DNA from: Pseudodesulfovibrio mercurii | Lineage (GTDB): Bacteria > Desulfobacterota > Desulfovibrionia > Desulfovibrionales > Desulfovibrionaceae | Assembly: GCF_000189295.2 (NCBI RefSeq) | Contig: NC_016803.1 | Coordinates: 2,700,001-2,732,000 of the forward strand | DNA: 32,000 bases | Direction: 5' to 3' | Shown: piece by piece, positions 1 to 8,744 of the stretch | Layout: the number at the start of each line of letters is the position of its first letter | Numbering within the stretch: the stretch's first letter is position 1 | Notes under the pieces: generated by a model | What the model saw: the letters and a program-made list of their open reading frames with translations, nothing else | Told to the model about the DNA's origin: nothing | The model's database searches: none | Made by a program: the position numbers and the translations under genes

Positions 1-763
1 AGGTCAGGCCGTGGTACTGGCCGGGAAAGAAGCTGACCGGCGGGTGCGCGCCCCCGGACAGGTCGATGCGCCCCTCGTCCTCCATGGCCGCGACCGTGAA
101 GCCCAGGGCCTCGAGGTGGGCGCGCATCTCGTCGCGCTCGATGACGATCTGGCCCATGTCCGGACTCTTGCCGCTCTTTTCGTATTCCAGGGTGTTCTGC
201 AGGGTCAGGGCGGTGAAGAAGCGGGGCGAGCGGTGCACGGTCTTGTGCGGCTCCTCCATCCACTGCTGGATGAAGTAGCCCAGGCCGTTGGCCGTGAAGT
301 AGACGCGCCCGCCGGGCTTGAGCACCCGGTATATCTCGGCCAGGCTCTCCTTCCACGGGGTGCACGGCAGGGACACGTAGCAGAACACGCCGTCAAAGGT
401 GTCGTCCTCATAGGGCAGGGTTTCGAGCCGCGACCGCACGGCCTCGACGTTGTCCGCGCCCAGGTCCCGGGCCAGGGCGTTGACGATGTCCGCGCGGACC
501 TGGGCGATGTCGCAGCCGTCCACCCGGCGGTTCAGCCCGGCCAGGCGCAGGGTCCACTGGCCGAAGCCGCAGCAGGCGTCCAGGACCCGGTCCATGCCGG
601 TGAAGCCGATGGCCTGAAGCCGGTCGCCGTAGCGGGACAGGGGCGGGGTGTAGACCCGCTCGAACAGGGCCTTGTCGCGCGGGCCGAGCTGGTCCGCGAA
701 CGCACGCAGGCAGCGGGCCACGCCGCGCGCGGTGGCGTCGTCGATATCCGTGTCCATCATCAT
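1..763 (-). CDS. class I SAM-dependent methyltransferase (C-terminus cut by window edge)
   Basis: Not in the ORF track because it runs off the window. The minus frame is open from ATG 763-761 to the edge. My translation: MMMDTDIDD...MDRVLDACCGFGQWTLRLAG (SAM motif I)...DDTFDGVFCYVSL...YRVLKPGGRVYF. The ATG overlaps the TGA of the upstream aminotransferase (ATGA at 760-763). Third codon positions are strongly G/C. Confidence 0.8.
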   Translation of the reverse strand, partial: MMMDTDIDDATARGVARCLRAFADQLGPRDKALFERVYTPPLSRYGDRLQAIGFTGMDRVLDACCGFGQWTLRLAGLNRRVDGCDIAQVRADIVNALARDLGADNVEAVRSRLETLPYEDDTFDGVFCYVSLPCTPWKESLAEIYRVLKPGGRVYFTANGLGYFIQQWMEEPHKTVHRSPRFFTALTLQNTLEYEKSGKSPDMGQIVIERDEMRAHLEALGFTVAAMEDEGRIDLSGGAHPPVSFFPGQYHGLT

Positions 764-1890
764 GATCTTTCTTCCTTGGTTCCCCGGCCTCGGCCCGCGA
801 ACGAGGTCACGGCGGCGATGAGCCGGTCCGCGTCCACCTCGTCGTGGCAGGGCAGGGTGATGGTCGTTGCCTGGAGCCTCTCGGCATTGGGCTGCACGTC
901 CCGGTATTTTTCCCGGTAGAATTTGGTCCCGCTCAGGCAGTAGGTGCCGATGGTGCTCTCCACGCCGCGCCCGGCCAGGTGGCGGATGAGCCCGTCCCGG
1001 TCCATGCCCTGCGGCACGGCGAAGGCCATGGACTGGACGTTGTGGACCACGTCCGGCCCCACGGCCTGGGCGCGCAGGCCCAGGGGCGCGAAGGCCTCGG
1101 CGCAGCGGTCGAGCAGAGCCCGCCGCCGCCCTATGATGGCGTCGAGCCGGGGCAGCTGGGCCCGGCCCATGAGGGCCTGGATCTCGCTCATGCGGTAGTT
1201 GAAGCCGGGCGCGGTGAAGTCCGGGCGGCCGTCCACGGTCTCGCCGCCGTGGTTCAGGAGCAGCCCCAGCCGCTCGGCCAGGGCCGGATCGTCCGTGGTC
1301 ACGGCCCCGCCCTCGCCCGTGGTCAGGAGCTTGCGCGGGTGGAAGCTGAAGCAGGTCAGGTCGGCCACCCGGCCGCACCGCTCGCCCTGTTCGGCGCTGC
1401 CCAGGGCGCAGGCCGCGTCCTCGATGAGCGGCAGGCCGCGCTCCCGGCAGAGGTCCCGCACCCGGTGCAGGCCGGTGGGGTTGCCCAGCCCGTCCACGAA
1501 GATGACGGCCCGCGTCTTCGGCCCCAGCCGCTTCACCAGGCAATCCGGGTCCATGTTCCAGGTGTCCGGGTCCACGTCGCAGAACACGGGCCGCGCCCCG
1601 GCGGTCTCGACCACGTTGGCCGTGGCCGGGAAGGAATAGTCCGAAACCGCCACCTCGTCCCCCGGCCCGATTTTCAGCACGGCCAGGGTCAAGGAAAGGG
1701 CGGTTGTTGCCGATGTGGTGGGAAAGGCGTGACCGGCCCCGGTGTAGCGGGCCAGGTCCCCGGCAAAAGCTGCCACGTTGGCGCCCCGGGTGAACATGCC
1801 GGAGTCGAACACGGCGCGGATGTCCGCCTCCACGTCGGCAAAGGCGATATACGGGCGGATGAGCCGCATCAGGGGTTCCTGTTCTGGCAT
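760..1890 (-). CDS. DegT/DnrJ/EryC1/StrS-family PLP-dependent sugar aminotransferase
   Basis: Track ORF is 760..2070. Family-like sequence begins at MPEQEPLMRLIRPY (ATG 1890-1888); the first 60 aa of the ORF look like translated leader. Motifs: SATTALSLTL, GDEVAVSDYSFPATANVV, LIEDAACALGS, CFSFHPRKLLTTGEGG (PLP-lysine context). Confidence 0.85.
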   Translation of the reverse strand: MPEQEPLMRLIRPYIAFADVEADIRAVFDSGMFTRGANVAAFAGDLARYTGAGHAFPTTSATTALSLTLAVLKIGPGDEVAVSDYSFPATANVVETAGARPVFCDVDPDTWNMDPDCLVKRLGPKTRAVIFVDGLGNPTGLHRVRDLCRERGLPLIEDAACALGSAEQGERCGRVADLTCFSFHPRKLLTTGEGGAVTTDDPALAERLGLLLNHGGETVDGRPDFTAPGFNYRMSEIQALMGRAQLPRLDAIIGRRRALLDRCAEAFAPLGLRAQAVGPDVVHNVQSMAFAVPQGMDRDGLIRHLAGRGVESTIGTYCLSGTKFYREKYRDVQPNAERLQATTITLPCHDEVDADRLIAAVTSFAGRGRGTKEERS

Positions 1891-2003
1891 GGCGTTCGGG
1901 CGGTGTCTCCGGTTTTCGATCCTTTCGGGCGGGAGCGGGTCCACGACGGGCCGGACTCCGGCAGGGCGGGCGTGCGTCACGCCCTTGTCCCGCCCGGGAG
2001 CGA

Positions 2004-2020
2004 AGCAAGATTCGGGCCGG
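2004..2020 (-). promoter_or_regulatory. weak sigma-54-like promoter candidate facing the aminotransferase operon
   Basis: Minus strand reads CCGGCCCGAATCTTGCT. It has GG-N10-GC spacing and a consensus TTGCT -12 element, but a poor -24 element (CGGCCC vs TGGCAC). It lies ~115 nt upstream of ATG 1890. Confidence 0.3.
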
Positions 2021-2033
2021 ACCTGCGGTTTGT

Positions 2034-2050
2034 TGGCATGGATCATGCTT
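2034..2050 (+). promoter_or_regulatory. sigma-54-type promoter upstream of the epimerase gene
   Basis: TGGCATGGATCATGCTT: -24 TGGCAT, GG-N10-GC spacing, -12 ATGCT (consensus TTGCW). It lies ~50 nt upstream of ATG 2097, with RBS AAGGAAG in between. Confidence 0.55.
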
Positions 2051-2096
2051 GGTGTCCAGACACGTTTCAACGTTCATTCATTAAGGAAGTGAATCA

Positions 2097-3056
2097 ATGC
2101 TCCAGGGTCAACACATCTGCATCACCGGCGGCGCGGGCTTCATCGGCTCCCGCCTGGCCGGTCGGCTGCTGGCGGACAACAAGGTCACCATTTACGACAA
2201 TCTGTCGCGCAATTCGCTGAAGTCCTGCGCCTTTGCGGACCACCCCAACCTGAACCTGGTGCAGGGGGACATACTGGACGTCAAAGAATTGACCAAGGCC
2301 ATCGCGCCCGCGGACTACGTCATCCACTGCGCGGGCATCGCGGGCATCTTCACCGTGGTCCGCAACACGGTCAGGACGCTTGAGGTGAACATGGTCGGTT
2401 CGCTCAACACCCTGCGCGCCGCGGCCGAGAGCGGCCGGTGCAAGCGCATCGTCTGCTTCTCCACCAGCGAGGTCATGGGCTCCCTGGCCTTCGTCTCCCG
2501 CGAGACCGACCGCACGGTCATCGGCGCGGCGGGCCAGGCGCGCTGGACCTACGCGGTCAGCAAGCTGGCCGAGGAGCACCTGGCCTCGGCCTTCCACCGC
2601 GAGCAGGGGCTGCCCGCCACCGTGGTCCGGCCGTTCAACATCTACGGCCCCGGCCAGGTGGGCGAGGGGGCCATGAAGATCTTCATCAACAAGGCGCTCA
2701 AAAACGAGCCCATCACCATCTTCGGCGACGGTACCCAGATCCGGGCCTGGTGCTTCGTGGACGACATGCTCGACGGCACCCTGCTCTGCCTGGAGAAGAA
2801 GGAGGCCGTGGGCGAGGCGTTCAACATCGGCAACATCCGCAGCGTGCAGACCATCTACGGTCTGGCCAACACCGTGACCCGCGTCCTGGGCTCCAAGTCC
2901 GAGGTGGTCTACGGCGAGGCGCGCAGCGCGGACATCGAGCTGCGCGTGCCCTGCGTGGACAAGGCCCGCGAGCTGCTCGGCTTCGAGGCCAAGGTGGACC
3001 TGGAGGAGGGCATCCGGCGGACCGCCGACTTCTACCGGGCCAACCCGGACTGCTAG
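2097..3056 (+). CDS. NAD-dependent sugar epimerase/dehydratase (extended SDR)
   Basis: ITGGAGFIGSRLAGRLL (GxxGxxG), YAVSKLAEE (YxxxK), RPFNIYGPGQ. RBS AAGGAAG precedes the ATG. Confidence 0.9.
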   Translation: MLQGQHICITGGAGFIGSRLAGRLLADNKVTIYDNLSRNSLKSCAFADHPNLNLVQGDILDVKELTKAIAPADYVIHCAGIAGIFTVVRNTVRTLEVNMVGSLNTLRAAAESGRCKRIVCFSTSEVMGSLAFVSRETDRTVIGAAGQARWTYAVSKLAEEHLASAFHREQGLPATVVRPFNIYGPGQVGEGAMKIFINKALKNEPITIFGDGTQIRAWCFVDDMLDGTLLCLEKKEAVGEAFNIGNIRSVQTIYGLANTVTRVLGSKSEVVYGEARSADIELRVPCVDKARELLGFEAKVDLEEGIRRTADFYRANPDC

Positions 3057-3082
3057 GCCGGAACCGGCCGGAGGGGGAAGCC

Positions 3083-4201
3083 ATGCTCGTCGCCAGCCTG
3101 CCGCAGGGGGCGCGGATCGTCATCTACGGGGCCGGAGGCCGGGGCCGCCTGCTGGAATACACCCTGGGCGAGCGCCGTCCCGACGTGACCGTGCTCGGCT
3201 ACGCCGACACCTTCAAGCGCGGGTCCTTCGGGGGCCACGTCATCCACGCGCCCGGGGAACTGCCCGAATTGCTGTGCGGCGACCTCGACCGGCTGGTCGT
3301 GGCCTCGGCCCACGCGGACAAGATCGTCTCGGCCCTGCCCGAAGCGGTCCTGCCCCGGACCGTGAGCTTCGACCCCGTGACCCCGCCCCTGGACCTGCGG
3401 GAGCTGAAAGGCGACCGTCTGGCCGTGGTCACCACCCGCGCGTCCCAGGCCGCGCTGATGAACTTCCTCAACCTGCCCCTGGCCGGGGAGGCCCGGATCA
3501 CCGCGGCCCACCTGGACCCGGCCTGGACCCTGTCCCTGTGGAACCCCTACCTGCGCGGCCTGGCCGATCAGGGGCGCATCCGCCACCACGCCGACCTGGA
3601 CCCGGCGGACTTCGACGGCGCGTACCTGGCCGAATACGGTAACGGGCACGTGCTGGAATTCTTCAACGACACCCGGCTGGCCAGGGTGCCCCTGTGCAAC
3701 GCCGGGCTGCGGGCCCGGCTGCACAACACCGTGCTCGGGCTGAAAGAGCGCTTCGGCGCGCTGACCGTGGTCGAGTTCGGCAGCATCTTCACGGTGAGCG
3801 GCGGCAATTTCTCCACCCTGGCCATGGCCGAGGTCCTGTCGGACGAGGACGCCTTCACCACGGTCAACCTGGACGAGGGGTCCCTTCGGGCCGCGCGGTC
3901 CGTGTGCCGGGCCTACCCGCACGTGGACTATTTCCTCGGCACCAGCGGGGAGTTCCTGGACCGGCGGCTGGACGATATCGGCGACATCCATTTCGCCTGC
4001 CTGCTGCACCGCCCGTGCACCGAGCCCTTCGTGGCCGGAGAGTTCGAGCGGCTGGCCCCGCACATCCCCGAGGGCGGCAGGCTGCTCCTCGGGCACACCG
4101 GCGCGGACGGCATCCCGGCCGACCTCAGAGCGCGGGCGGCGGAGCGCGGCTTCACCACCGCGTACCGGGACGGGTCGAGCTGGATACTCGAACGGGCCTG
4201 A
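3083..4201 (+). CDS. hypothetical protein (Rossmann-like N-module; C-half vaguely class I methyltransferase-like)
   Basis: Track ORF 2438..4201 overlaps the epimerase out of frame. A plausible start is ATG 3083, preceded by GGAGGGGGAAG. The N-terminus (RIVIYGAGGRGRLL...VLGYADT) resembles the N-module of NeuD/PglD-type proteins. The C-half has LTVVEFGS...GGRLLLGH. GC3 is high. Confidence 0.6.
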   Translation: MLVASLPQGARIVIYGAGGRGRLLEYTLGERRPDVTVLGYADTFKRGSFGGHVIHAPGELPELLCGDLDRLVVASAHADKIVSALPEAVLPRTVSFDPVTPPLDLRELKGDRLAVVTTRASQAALMNFLNLPLAGEARITAAHLDPAWTLSLWNPYLRGLADQGRIRHHADLDPADFDGAYLAEYGNGHVLEFFNDTRLARVPLCNAGLRARLHNTVLGLKERFGALTVVEFGSIFTVSGGNFSTLAMAEVLSDEDAFTTVNLDEGSLRAARSVCRAYPHVDYFLGTSGEFLDRRLDDIGDIHFACLLHRPCTEPFVAGEFERLAPHIPEGGRLLLGHTGADGIPADLRARAAERGFTTAYRDGSSWILERA

Positions 4202-4364
4202 TTTCGCCGGATTTCCGACGGCGGGACGGCGGGGGACCGGGAAAAATCGTCCGGCGCGGGCCGTGGGGACATGGCCCTGGACCGGACGCGCAACCCCCCG
4301 GAGTTGCAGACGATCATTCAGTGCATGAACAGTCGTCCGCCGGGCCGGTCCGGGCCGGGAAGGG

Positions 4365-4380
4365 TGGCACGCAACTTGCT
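4365..4380 (+). promoter_or_regulatory. canonical sigma-54 (RpoN) promoter
   Basis: TGGCACGCAACTTGCT matches TGGCACG-N4-TTGCW at every conserved position. The GC of the -12 element lies ~40 nt upstream of ATG 4419. Confidence 0.8.
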
Positions 4381-4418
4381 TTGATTATTTGCGGGCATAC
4401 GGCCCGCAAGGTGGCAAA

Positions 4419-6368
4419 ATGTATAACGAAGCTCTGACCAATAGCGGCACCGGCGACATCCTGCCGTTCCACGCGCCCTACCTGACCGATGCCGACCCGG
4501 CCTCGGCCCGGCGGTACCTGGCCCGCGGCGACCTGTCCGAGGCGGCCTGGGTCCTGCGCAACGCGCTGCGGGCCGATCCGGCGGACCAAGACGCCCGTGC
4601 GCTGCTCGCCCGGTGCGCCGAGGCCCCGGCAGCGGGCGCGCCGCGCGGCGTGTTCGTGGGCGGCACGGGCCGGTCCGGGACCAGCCTGCTCCGGCGGGCG
4701 CTCGACTCCACCCCGGACGTGGCCTCGATCCCCGGCGAAACCAAGTGCATCCTGGACGAACGGTTCCGCCTGGCGCCGCATTGGTTCCACGCATTGCCCG
4801 GGAGCGCCCGGACCGCCGGGGTCGAGACCCTGAAGGCCCTGTGGCGCGAGCGGTTCTACTGCTACATCCATCCGGTCAAGGCCTCCCTCAAGGACGACCG
4901 GAGGCGGGGCTTCTGCCTGTGGCTGGACCGTCGGGAACTGGACCGCGAGCTCGGCCGCCTGGACGCCCTGCCGCAGGCCCGGACCCTGCGCGAGACGGAG
5001 GCGGTCTGGGGCGAGCTGTACGCGGCCCTGTTCGACCGCCGGGCCCTGGCCCGGGGCAAGCCGCTGTGGGTCGAGAAGACCCCCCGGAACAGCTGGTTCG
5101 CCGACTACCTGTACTCGATCATGCCGGGCATGAAGCTGGTCAACGTGGTCCGCGACGGGCGCGACGTGGCCCTGTCCATGCAGACGGTGTCCTGGGGCGA
5201 GAAGGACCTGGCCAAGGCCCTGGACTGGTGGGCGGACGAACTGGCCGCGACCGTGCGGGTCCTGGACACCCTGCCCGAAGGCTCGGTCCTGACCGTGCGC
5301 TACGAGGACCTGGTCACGGAGCCGGACAGGGTCATGACCGACATCGCCGATTTTCTCCACGTCTCTCCGGAGTTCGGTCTGGACATCTTTTCGAGTTCCG
5401 TGGGCCGTTGGAAACGGGAGCTGCCCGGTCCGCTCCAGGCCCGCGCCCTGGAGCGCCACAGGCCGCTGCTCGAACGGTTCGGCTACGACGTGTCCGGGCG
5501 CGTGTACGCCGTGTCCTCCGTCCCGGAAGCGCCCAGCTTCGACATGAAGAAGCGCAACGACGGCACCCGTTACCTGGCGGACCTGGTCCTGCCCCTGCAA
5601 AGGCAGCTCACGTGCGTGACCATGAGCGAGGTGGCCGAGGAGACCCGGCCGTGCTTCTTCCTGCGCCACGACGTGGACGCGGACCTGGACGCGGCCATGG
5701 AGATGGCCCGGCTCGAACACGGGCACGGCATCCGGGCGAGCTATTTCCTGCTGCCCCCGAGCCCGGCCGACGGTCCGGCCAATTACTACGGGGTCATCAG
5801 GGACGGCGGGCTGGTCGCGGACCCGGCCCTTCTGGACCGCGCCCGGCAGTTGCGGGAGTGGGGGCACGAGGTCGGGCTGCACAACAACATCGCGGAGCTG
5901 GCGGTCTGTTTCGGCCGCGATGTGGCCGAGGTCCTGGCCGAGCAGGTGGCCTTTTTCCGGGAGGGCGGCGTCGAGCTGGCCGGTTCCTCGGCCCACGGCG
6001 GGTCGTTCTTCCACCGGAACGAATTCGTCAGCTTCGAGATCTTCGACGAAGGGGGCGTCAAGCCGGGCATGGAGCGCGGCCGGACGATTCACATCGAGGG
6101 CTACGCATTGCGGCTGCACGCCCTCAGGCAGGCGGATTTCGGCTTCGCCTACGAGGCGTATTCCCTGCCCTACGGGATCGGGCTGAACGATTCCAACGGA
6201 CGGTGGGGCGGCAAGCTGGCGCGCACGTCCCCGCATCCGGAACTGAACGAACTTTCGGGAGAGCGGTTCCTGGCCGCCTTCCGCGAGATGGTCGCCGCCG
6301 CCCGGCCGGACCGGGGCGTGAACACCCTCCAGGTGCTGATCCACCCCGATCATTGGTGCATCTGCTGA
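4419..6368 (+). CDS. TPR-like / sulfotransferase / polysaccharide-deacetylase-like fusion protein
   Basis: ATG 4419 has RBS AAGGTGG (the track ORF starts at TTG 4389). PAPS-binding motifs: VFVGGTGRSGTSLL (5'-PSB) and NVVRDGRDVALS (3'-PB), plus WVEKTPRN. The C-terminal ~250 aa (FFLRHDVDADLD...GIRASYFLL...GHEVGLHNN) look like a deacetylase/CE4-type fold. Confidence 0.75.
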   Translation: MYNEALTNSGTGDILPFHAPYLTDADPASARRYLARGDLSEAAWVLRNALRADPADQDARALLARCAEAPAAGAPRGVFVGGTGRSGTSLLRRALDSTPDVASIPGETKCILDERFRLAPHWFHALPGSARTAGVETLKALWRERFYCYIHPVKASLKDDRRRGFCLWLDRRELDRELGRLDALPQARTLRETEAVWGELYAALFDRRALARGKPLWVEKTPRNSWFADYLYSIMPGMKLVNVVRDGRDVALSMQTVSWGEKDLAKALDWWADELAATVRVLDTLPEGSVLTVRYEDLVTEPDRVMTDIADFLHVSPEFGLDIFSSSVGRWKRELPGPLQARALERHRPLLERFGYDVSGRVYAVSSVPEAPSFDMKKRNDGTRYLADLVLPLQRQLTCVTMSEVAEETRPCFFLRHDVDADLDAAMEMARLEHGHGIRASYFLLPPSPADGPANYYGVIRDGGLVADPALLDRARQLREWGHEVGLHNNIAELAVCFGRDVAEVLAEQVAFFREGGVELAGSSAHGGSFFHRNEFVSFEIFDEGGVKPGMERGRTIHIEGYALRLHALRQADFGFAYEAYSLPYGIGLNDSNGRWGGKLARTSPHPELNELSGERFLAAFREMVAAARPDRGVNTLQVLIHPDHWCIC

Positions 6369-6396
6369 TGCGCGGCGGGAAAAGGCGGAATCGATC

Positions 6397-7167
6397 ATGA
6401 ACGAACAGGTCAATCGGCAGATGCGCGAGATCGCCCAGACGTATTTCGGCTATTCCGGCATCGACATCGAGCACTTCACCGACAGGGTGGAGGGGCCCAG
6501 GGACCGGACCGTGGTGCACATCCCGGCCCGCTCCGGGTCCACGCGCATCGAGAACAAGAACATCCGCGACCTCTGCGGCCTGCCGCTCATCGCCTACACC
6601 ATCGCCGTGGCCCGCGCCCTGCCCGTGGACCGGGTCATCGTCAACACGGACAGCCGCGAGATCGCGGACATCGCCGAGAAGCTGGGGGCCGAGGTCCCGT
6701 TCCTGCGGCCCGCCGAACTGAGCGCCGACGACGTGTCGCCGGGGTTCGCCCTGTTCTATGCCGAGCGGTTCCTCCTGAACGAGGGGTACCCCCTGGACGC
6801 GACCATCGAGATGTACCCGACCTCGCCCTTCCGCAACATCGCCAAGATGACCCGCTACGTGGACGCGCTTTCCCGCGCGGGGTATTGCGCCACGGCCTTT
6901 CTGCCGAACACGGAACTGGCCCGCGTGCGGACCCGCAACGGGGTCCTGCTCTCGGAGGAGGAGATTCGCTGCGAGCGGGGCAACGTGTATTTCAAGCTCC
7001 TGGCGAACTTCCTCGGCCGCAGGCTCCTGAACGAAGACAAGCGCTGGTTCCACTACGCGCTCATCGACGACCCCGTGGAGCTGGTGGACATCGACACGCC
7101 CGAGGACTTCGCCCTGGCCGAGTACATCGTGGCCAACAACCTCTATGATTTCGGGGTGACTCCATGA
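6397..7167 (+). CDS. acylneuraminate/CMP-sugar-type cytidylyltransferase family protein
   Basis: HIPARSGSTRIENKNIRDLCGLPLIAYTI and RVIVNTDS match the IPAR.GSKR..NKN signature of CMP-NeuAc/CMP-KDO synthetase-like enzymes. Confidence 0.8.
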   Translation: MNEQVNRQMREIAQTYFGYSGIDIEHFTDRVEGPRDRTVVHIPARSGSTRIENKNIRDLCGLPLIAYTIAVARALPVDRVIVNTDSREIADIAEKLGAEVPFLRPAELSADDVSPGFALFYAERFLLNEGYPLDATIEMYPTSPFRNIAKMTRYVDALSRAGYCATAFLPNTELARVRTRNGVLLSEEEIRCERGNVYFKLLANFLGRRLLNEDKRWFHYALIDDPVELVDIDTPEDFALAEYIVANNLYDFGVTP

Positions 7168-8012
7168 GGGCCTTCATCTCCTTCGGCTATTACGACATCC
7201 GCGAGCAGCAGCTGGTCGGCTCGCCCGTGATCCTGCGCCACCTCCTGGACGAGACCCTGCGCTGCCTTGGGCGCTGCCCCGACGTGCGCTTCGCCGGGGT
7301 CGTGCACACCCACACCCTGCCGGTGGAGCCGTCGCGGGGCGCGCCGTATTTCCGTATGCTCGGCGGGGAACGCACCCGCGCGGAGCTGACGGCCATCGCC
7401 GGGGTCCCGGCAGAGGCGGACGGCGACAACGAGGTCCTGGTCCTCCGGCCCGGACAGGGCGCGATCTTCGCGGACCGGCTGACCCGGTTCCGTGAGAGCC
7501 TGACGCCCGTGCCGTCCCCCCTGGTGGCCTCGGCCATCCGCTTTTCCTCCCTGTCCCATCCCCTGTGGAACGTCCAGGTGGCGGACCGGCGGTTCCTCTG
7601 CGAGGGGGCCATCCGCCAGCCGCGCTGCGGCACCGTGCGCGTGGCGCCCCTGTCCCAGATCTGCCCGGAGCTGTGGACCAGGGCCCAGGCCAAGGGTCCG
7701 GCCAACGGCTCCCAGTATCTGGACAACCTGTATCACGACGACGGTGCGCTCTACGCCGCCAGGATGGACATGATCCCGGCCGAGGGGGTAATCCCCACTC
7801 CCACGGAAGCCGTCATCTGCCAGACCGACCCCGGAGCCGGGGACGGCATGCTGGCGCGGCTGCCGCTCTTTCAAATGAGCAGGCACCAGGCCCTGGACGC
7901 GGTCCGGCTGGAACGCCTGCTCGAAAAGCTGGCCGCGCCCAAGCCCGAACGTTCGGACGAGCCCTTTCGCGCCAGGCCCTCGGGCCCGGCCTCGAACCGG
8001 GTGCACTGCTAG
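7164..8012 (+). CDS. hypothetical protein
   Basis: The ATG overlaps the preceding TGA (ATGA at 7164-7167). GC3 is high throughout. I recognise no motif. The larger antisense ORF 7143..8804 looks like a shadow ORF. Confidence 0.6.
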   Translation: MRAFISFGYYDIREQQLVGSPVILRHLLDETLRCLGRCPDVRFAGVVHTHTLPVEPSRGAPYFRMLGGERTRAELTAIAGVPAEADGDNEVLVLRPGQGAIFADRLTRFRESLTPVPSPLVASAIRFSSLSHPLWNVQVADRRFLCEGAIRQPRCGTVRVAPLSQICPELWTRAQAKGPANGSQYLDNLYHDDGALYAARMDMIPAEGVIPTPTEAVICQTDPGAGDGMLARLPLFQMSRHQALDAVRLERLLEKLAAPKPERSDEPFRARPSGPASNRVHC

Positions 8013-8033
8013 GGACGCGGCGGGAGAATTGCG

Positions 8034-8744
8034 GTGCGCATAGGAATCATCAGCGACGCTCACGGCAACGAGCCGGGCCTGGCCCTGGCCCTTTCCTTTC
8101 TCAAGAGGCAGGGCGTGGACCGCCTCCTGTTCCTGGGCGACGCCATCGGCTACGGCCCCTACAACCGGGAGACCTGCGAGAAGCTGGAGCGGTCCGGGGC
8201 GGACTGCCTCATGGGCAACCACGAGGCCATGCTCCTGGGGCTGGAACACATGCCCGAGTGGGCCGTGGACATCGTCCGGCTGCCGAAAAGCTGGGGCGAC
8301 CTGCCCAAGGGGTGGGGCGACATGGTCAGGGCCAACGGCCTGGACAAGACCGTGGAGCTCGGCGGGCGCAAAATCTTCTGCACCCACGGCGTGCCCGGCA
8401 AACCGTTCACTTGCTACGTGAACGCGGAACAGGCCTCGGATATCGACTTCGACGGGGACGTCATGCTCATGGGCCACACCCACCGGCCCTACGTGGTCCG
8501 CCACCAGGGGCGGCTGATCATCAACCCCGGCTCCTGCGGCGTGCCCAGGGACTACGGGCACCTGCTCTCCCTGGCCATCCTCGACCCCGAGGCCATGGAC
8601 GCCCAGGTTCACCGGCTGCCCTTCACCCCGCCCGCGGCCATGCTGGAGCGGGTCCACCCCCGAGTGGCCCAGTGCTTCGAGCGGACCACCGAGGACGTCT
8701 TCGGCAAGATATGGAGGCCCGATGAGCAGCCCCAGCAGCCCTAA
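8034..8744 (+). CDS. metallophosphoesterase (YfcE/MJ0936-like)
   Basis: GTG start with GGGAG RBS. Motifs: IISDAHGN, FLGDAIGYGP, GNHE, CTHG, GHTHRPYV, INPGSCGVPRD. Confidence 0.85.
   Translation: MRIGIISDAHGNEPGLALALSFLKRQGVDRLLFLGDAIGYGPYNRETCEKLERSGADCLMGNHEAMLLGLEHMPEWAVDIVRLPKSWGDLPKGWGDMVRANGLDKTVELGGRKIFCTHGVPGKPFTCYVNAEQASDIDFDGDVMLMGHTHRPYVVRHQGRLIINPGSCGVPRDYGHLLSLAILDPEAMDAQVHRLPFTPPAAMLERVHPRVAQCFERTTEDVFGKIWRPDEQPQQP

Noticed and set aside
11-2220. Long plus-strand ORFs 11..919 (302 aa) and 844..2220 (458 aa)
   Set aside because: They lie antisense to the methyltransferase and the DegT aminotransferase. Their proteins are Gly/Ala/Arg/Val/His-rich with no motifs, the typical shadow-ORF pattern of GC-rich DNA. 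The minus-strand frames carry clear family motifs and high GC3.
2438-3082. 5' extension of the 587-aa ORF 2438..4201
   Set aside because: It overlaps the well-supported epimerase gene out of frame, and the translation is Arg/Gly/Pro-rich. The real gene most likely starts at ATG 3083, which follows a GGAGG-type RBS.
4314-6413. 699-aa minus-strand ORF, plus 4613..6400 (595 aa, plus strand)
   Set aside because: These are antisense or out of frame to the sulfotransferase-deacetylase gene, and their composition is low-complexity Arg/Gly/Pro/Ala.
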